A DNA stretch of 64,000 bases from Macrostomum lignano. Lineage: Eukaryota. A model generated the notes under the pieces. It did no database searches. It was given only the letters and a program-made list of their open reading frames with translations, and was not told where the DNA came from. The position numbers were made by a program, and so were the translations under genes. Position 1 is the first letter of the stretch, and every line of letters starts with the position of its first letter. Below, one piece after another: positions 47,283-64,000 of this stretch. The stretch covers positions 62,001 through 126,000 of the forward strand of contig NIVC01002867.1 of assembly GCA_002269645.1 (NCBI GenBank), in the 5' to 3' direction.

Positions 47283-50200
47283 TGTGCAACTTAATTTGCT
47301 TCTGCTGCAACTTGTTTTTCTTTTGCTTCACCATTTTACTTCCCTATATTGCTCTTTCCTCTTGCATTTTTTCATTTTTGGTCAACTCAATTTTGCGACT
47401 TACCCTGGTCCACCACAATTTACGGTGGCCAGATCGGCCAGCTCGGCCAGCAGTTGCGCATGTATGAGTATTGGCTTTCAAAGAAAACCTTCAAATAACT
47501 TAAAAATCATTATATTTATTAAGTTTATTATAAAGTAAATTTTTGTTTAAAATAATTGCCTATAAAGATCACAAAATAGGGAAATCTAATCTTTTAACAA
47601 AAATATCTACTGGTAATTAATTTTTTAAAATAAAATATATTCTAGGTGTTTAGCCATTAGGTTAAATAAAACTCTTAGACATGAACAATGCATAGTCTCT
47701 ATATCACCTATTTAATAGATGGTTATCTAGCATATCCTAGCAAAACAAATAGGTAAAGGTAAAGGGCAAACAGAAAATATATAGGCTTGTACTACTAAGC
47801 ATATATGCTTATTATATACATTTACTATATATATCAAGTATATATCAATATGATAAGGTTTAAATCTAAAAGCTTCAATTGTAAAATAAAAATAATTTAA
47901 GAATAATTTTAATTATAAGATATATTATATTTGCCTAGGTTTTTATATGCAGAAAATATATATGCACCTTAAATTTTGAAATCATACCCTGAAAGTGTAA
48001 AGTAGATACTGTTGCAAAACCTATTTTATAACCTATAACAAATACTAATGACAATGTCTCATAACCTTTTTTCTTTTTAAGCCACATTTGCAATGCCTTA
48101 AAATAAGAAGAAAAAAAGAAATTGCACTCTGAGCCTTGAAATTGGGTATAAGATACAAATTTGTACATTGTCTCTAGCACAAAAACCTAGTACCCCTTTT
48201 CCTATACTAGACTAGGTCCTATGTAAGACTATGCTAGTGCACCATTAGCGTAGTCTTTAGACAACATGTAGGCCTACACTAGAATTTCTCAGCATACAAG
48301 GGTACTTGCCATTTTTAACATAGATCAGCAATCGCATATATCCTAACATATATAACACAATAGAAACATTGTGTCAATCACACATTTTTTAGATCCAGTG
48401 TGTTAGACCCAGTATATATACTAATATACAATCCAAACTATGGGATTTTTAACAAACTTAACTAGATTACAACTAAGTAAAGTAACTAGCTATATGCATA
48501 CTATCAGTTTAATTACTATAAAAAACTTGGTGCAACATAAAAAACTAAACTATCCAAAAAGGCAGTTCAATGGTCTTAAGCTTGCATTGCTAGTCTTGTG
48601 CCTCTAGGCAATACAATTTGGCAGCTCTCATATGCTGCGACATTCTCAAGGCAACTTCAATCTGATCTAGAATGTTCAATAGCTTTAGAGAAATGACACA
48701 TTTGGCAACAAGTCACTGATTGGCAAGATTCTCTACTATAAGGCTTTTATTGATCAAAAAGCCATTTTCTACTTTAACTTGGCCATGAGAGAAAGTCAAA
48801 ATGAGCTGAACAACATGTTATAGCTCTTTGAAATCCCTATTGGAATAAGTAGACAAAAGGTATCTGACCATCTGTTACAATTTTGGAATTTTCTAGTGTT
48901 GCATACAAATGAGGTCTTGTCATTTTTTCTGGCATTAAACCCAATGTATACTAATACATAAGCTAAACTATTGACTATACATAGTGCAATATTGTTGCTT
49001 AGCAAAATTGGCATTGTCATGTTTAAGCCAAAATTAGATAGCAACTTGACAAGCAAATAGGAGTATATATCATATGTCCTTATGTCACTCTGGAATAAAA
49101 GTAGAGACTACACTAGTAGCCTTGGCAATAGGCTATGCTAGAAGAGACTTCTAAACCAGCTTTTTGTACATTTCTAATAGAAACTTGCAAGATGTTATAT
49201 GGGTTATTCCATGATAGGGTCATCAAAGGTATAGAAATTTTTTTAAAAATTATTTGCAAATGTGAATATTTTATTTTGCATATAATTATGTATAGTTTCA
49301 TTTTTATGTAGTTTCATACACATTTATCTACCTCTAGGTATATATATTTTGTTTTGATCATGGTACCCTTGCAAGATTTTAAATGTCTTGCGGGACATTA
49401 TAAAAAGTTTAATCTAGTTTTCAATAAGAAAAAAAGTTAATAAACATAATGCATCAAGTGCATAAATAATAAAAATCTTTCTTTCTTATATCTAAAGACT
49501 GAAATTATAAAGTTTTATGATCTAATATAGTTCTATCTATCATAATTGTTTATTTTAAAAAGTTTGACTTCCCTTTTTTAAGTGTTAAAAACGACCATCA
49601 TTTTTTTTACAAAAAGTTGTTGTACTAATTTTCAAGAGGTTTATAAGTTGATAATTTTTTGCTAAAATATTTTCTGAGCCTATATTTAAGTTTATAGTCA
49701 TTTTTGTTAGTTTATGATAAGTGTAACATGCTAAAAAAACCCTGCAAAGTTACCTAAGGACCATCATTTTCTGGTATTCTGAAATCTGTTGATCTTCATA
49801 AAACCTGAATTACTATCATTTATTCCTAAATTTTATACAAAAAACTGAATTTACTGATATTCTAAAATCATGTCTTTTATTAATGTGAATTACTTATTCA
49901 ATTTCTCTTTCAAAGTTTTTACAGTTTTGATTGTAAAGAAAAATATAGTGTAATTCAAGTCTTTTATTAAAAATGTATACTGTCAATTACTTGTTTGATA
50001 CCTTAAAATCATTTTCAACCTGCACTATTAAAAAGGTTGTTCCAATTACTAACCATGCACCTAGAACTCTCCACTTTAGTTTGCAATGCACCTTAACACA
50101 TGCCCCAATCTTCAGCATAAGTAGTCTAACTAGACTCAAGTTTTTACTATCCATTGGTGCTACTGCTTATTGCCTAACAAATAATCTGTATTTGCCTTTG

Positions 50201-51090
50201 GTTTTGTTAATTGTTATATTCTATTCTTTGAATTCTTGAATAGATTAGGACTGTCCAATCTTTATGATCATATGTTGAGTTGTGCAATCATGAAGTGATG
50301 TTTTTGTTGAAGGTGCATAAGTACGTTTGATCTGAAATGTGAAACAGGTACAATAAATTTTATGGTTAGACAAGCAAGTTATGGTTTTTATATGAACAAC
50401 TATGGATTATAAACAGTCTTTTAACCAAGATTGTATCTAAAAATAGAGAATCCTAATACACTTTTAAAAACTGAAGGTCGTTTTTTTTTAAAACCGTCAG
50501 TCAATGACCGTCATTTAAGAAAAAATGTGCAACACAGTTAAAGTTTTCTACTAAAATGTAATAATTGTTTGCAACCATTCATCTAGCTATTGTTTACTAC
50601 AATTAATGATCAATTGAGACAAAAAATTGCCTGATTCGCAGGAATCTTAAACTTGAAAGTTAAGAATGAAAGTTATAAAGTTGGATACATAAACTTTCAC
50701 CAAAAACGACCGTCACCGAAAGTTTCTCTCTGCTAAATCAACACAGTAAGACAAATGACTTTAAAATGTATCTCATCTCAATCTAGAGGTCACACCCATA
50801 AATATAGAACTCACAAAGTCTCAATTTAGTTTGTCTTTTGTATGATTACTGATTATTATTTGCTCCAACCCAACGACCGTCATCTCATAGAATTACCAAT
50901 ATGAAAGCCTAAAAATTTTTCATTTGTTTGAGGTGTTAGAAGCTAAGGCCTAATTAAGTCACTTAATAGTAAGCTTTAGCCTAAGAAGCTAATCCAAAAT
51001 TGAAACTTTCCTTTTGAACTCCTTGGCCATTGACATTAATATGGACATAGCAAATTAGTGATAGTATGACATTTTTCATGACCTTGGAAT

Positions 51091-51491
51091 ACTTTTTAAA
51101 CTTTGTCCGACTTGGAATATTCTAACCATTATTCCAACTCATAATGCGGTTAAATTACCAGTTGGAATAATGGTCAGAATATTCCGACAGATTATTAAAT
51201 ATAATTGCAAGGCATTTTTAAAAGGCCAGAAAGACAGTCATATCAATTGATAAATTCTGACTCAATTGCCTGTATTTAATAATTTGTTAAATAATTTGTA
51301 ATAATAAGTTGGTATAAACTATAAACGTTAGAATGATATTTAGATTTTAGACTCTTGCAATGAATTTAATAGGCCTAATCAGTCAGAATAAGAGTGGGAA
51401 TATTCTGACCATTATTCCAACTCATAATTTAACTGCATTATGAGTCGGAATAACAGTCAGAATATTCTGGGTTGGACAAAGTTTAAAAGGT
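51091..51491. mobile_element. Non-autonomous DNA transposon (MITE, Mutator/Foldback-like), ~95-bp TIRs, 9-bp TSD
   Basis: 51091-51185 and ~51397-51491 are imperfect inverted repeats. CCTTGGAAT flanks both ends as a direct repeat (51082-51090 and 51492-51500). Confidence 0.8.
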
Positions 51492-52646
51492 CCTTGGAAT
51501 CTACAAAAAAGCACTTATGTCTTAGGTACAAAGTACCTTCAAATATTTCAACTTCAACAAATTAATTAAAAAGGCTTCTTTAAAAATATAAATGACTTTA
51601 AAAGTGAGGAGATAGTCCCTGAAAATATGGAGAATAGGTCTAAGCCCTAAGGAGACAAAGTCTAATCCAAAATAAGGAGAATAAAGATTGTCAACACTTT
51701 AAAATTAAGAAAGGCTAGGCCTAGCCTAAGCAATTAAATTGTCATGGCATAGGTCTAGCTTGGTCTAGTAGTGTAGTAGTGCTGTAGTAGACTGTCATAA
51801 AGCAATTATAAGGCTAGGCCTAGGCCCTACACTGTACACTACTGACATAAGCCATAGCTACAGCCTACATGGGAGCATGAGGCAGTTGCTGGTAGACCAG
51901 GCCTACCTAGTTTACTACATTTTCATTCTCAAATCATACACGATTTTTAGTCCTAGTAGACCTAGTCACCTAGTCTAGTTCAGTTTCATCATATCAATAT
52001 CATGCATAGGCTGGCTACTAACTGGTCCGATTCATTTTAGAAAGTCAGACAGAATGAAAAACGCCTGAAAGTAAAATGCTTAAGACCTATTTAATTTACG
52101 AAATGTACGTTATTTTAAAAGTTAAAATAACACAGTAATTTGGAATGATTACTGGGGCTATGCTAAAATAATAAAAGCATAAGAAAGAGATACGCGTGGG
52201 TCAACATAAGTAAGCATGCTAAGGGAGCTTAGTCATTTTATTCGATGACTGATTATCCAACAGATCCGATTACTACTTTTATTAAGGCCAGCTTAAAATA
52301 GCGCTTTGAATTAAATAGCAATTACGAGTTCGGAAAAGACTATATCAAACAAAGCTAAATTTATATTCATTTTCTTAGATATACAGAATTTTTAAACGCT
52401 ATTGAATTAAGATTAGTAATTTTTTCTGCCAACCTTATTTAACTGTTTGCAATTTTGTTTTAACCTGTATCTATGCAGTCAACGCTCCGTGTATTTAATT
52501 TAGTGAAATTGATATCATTTCCCCATATTTAAAAAAATAAGACGTTAAGTACTAGAAATCAAAGTAGCACTACCTTCTGCTGAACCTGTTGTGGGAAATC
52601 TTAAATATTTTATAGTTCTTCTACCTTTAGCGGCCATTATAATCAT

Positions 52647-62873
<10,227 letters not shown>

Positions 62874-64000
62874 GACTAATTTTAGATCAATAGAAAAACT
62901 ACGGTAGAAAGTGTAGTTTTTTATTTAAGCGACAGGAATCGCTAGGTTTAGTTTGTGTTTTCAGACATTTTAGTTCATTTTTTGTTTGTTTTGTTTTTTG
63001 TTGGTCATTTTCTGGTTTCCGCATTGACGCCATTGTTGCACTGCTGACTAACCCTTTGTTGATATTTTAAACAATTTCTATTAATTGAATTTAAATACGA
63101 TTTGCGCTTACTTAAAGTAGACAACCATGAATATGCTAACAGTACAGAATTTTTAGCCCTTTTCTTATTGAACTTTCTTTTCGCTGTCTTCTGCTCGTAT
63201 TTCGCGCAGCTTTTATTCTGTTCGATGCGCTGATGAAATGAGAATTTCGTTTTTAGCCATTCTTCTGGGACCGTTGGGAAAGCATCTTTGCTTGGCTTTC
63301 TCTTAACCCCAGGAAACGAGCAAAGATAACCTTCCCTGATGGACCTGCCGCCAACCGACGCTGGTATTACTGTGTACATAGCTTTCTACTCACATCTGGA
63401 CAGCTCGATTGAGGGGAGAATCTCCCAGAGCGACAACAATAACCAGCGGGATCTGTCTTTTTAATTTCTACTTTTTTCTAAGAAAGTCTTTATACACTCA
63501 TTAGTTTATTAGCTAAGAAATTTTGCGTTATTAGATATTTTTTACATACTGGTGCTGAATTTCAACTATTTTTGTTTTTCATGTACGCTAATCCAGTTTT
63601 AAATTTGCACGCGTTTTTTGTTTAACACGGCGATTTGTTATATCATGTAGTTGCTATGTTCTCTTTCGCGGGTCCGTGTGACCGTTGAAATTTCAACTTT
63701 AAAAAACACATTTCAAACATTTATATCCATAGTAGCTATTTTTTGTTTTATCCGCTTCATTTTTTGTTTTAGTTATTGCTTGGGGCAACCAATTTTTTCA
63801 TTAGAATGTGTTTGCACCACTGGCAAGGCAGTAAAGTGCATGCGAATGCGCATTATTTTATTTAGCAGCAATGAGCATTGAACTTTATACACGCTACTGT
63901 ATTTCCATCTAGATACGAATTAATCTGCTTTGAGAAGCTTTCTTAGTAAAATATATTCTATGGTAAAAACCAGCACTGATCTGGCAAGCATGTGACTACT

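Noticed and set aside
48590-49080. Possible decayed transposon ORF
   Set aside because: Stop density is about what AT-rich random sequence gives, and I recognised no protein motif.
63005-63456. Minus-strand ORF 63005-63379 and a possible 63-nt exon (63394-63456) of a convergent gene
   Set aside because: The GTGAGT donor is good, but the acceptor lacks a pyrimidine tract and no homology is recognisable. It cannot be supported without transcript data.

Overview
Eukaryotic (animal) genomic DNA with three intron-containing genes that I reconstructed by hand from GT-AG sites with consistent splice phases. (1) An adducin-like gene (+, CDS 821-5528, 5 exons, ~474 aa). (2) A full-length KMT2C/D (MLL3/4) histone H3K4 methyltransferase gene (-, CDS 44538 to 9332, 16 exons, ~4440 aa). 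It has one apparent 1-nt deletion frameshift at ~16263 upstream of the FYR/SET domains and a 12-copy 24-aa tandem repeat inside an exon. (3) A Mieap/SPATA18-like gene (+, CDS 52647-62873, 11 exons, ~554 aa). Most introns are filled by their own minisatellite, often abutting a splice site. Dispersed elements include a tRNA-headed CORE-type SINE (2 copies) and a 401-bp inverted-repeat element with a 9-bp target-site duplication. The style (GC-rich poly-Q/A exons, minisatellite-packed introns) resembles the flatworm Macrostomum, but that is inference only. No CRISPR array, rRNA or intact tRNA gene is supported. Most long ORFs in the ORF track that lie in repeats are artefacts. Copy numbers are by-eye estimates.
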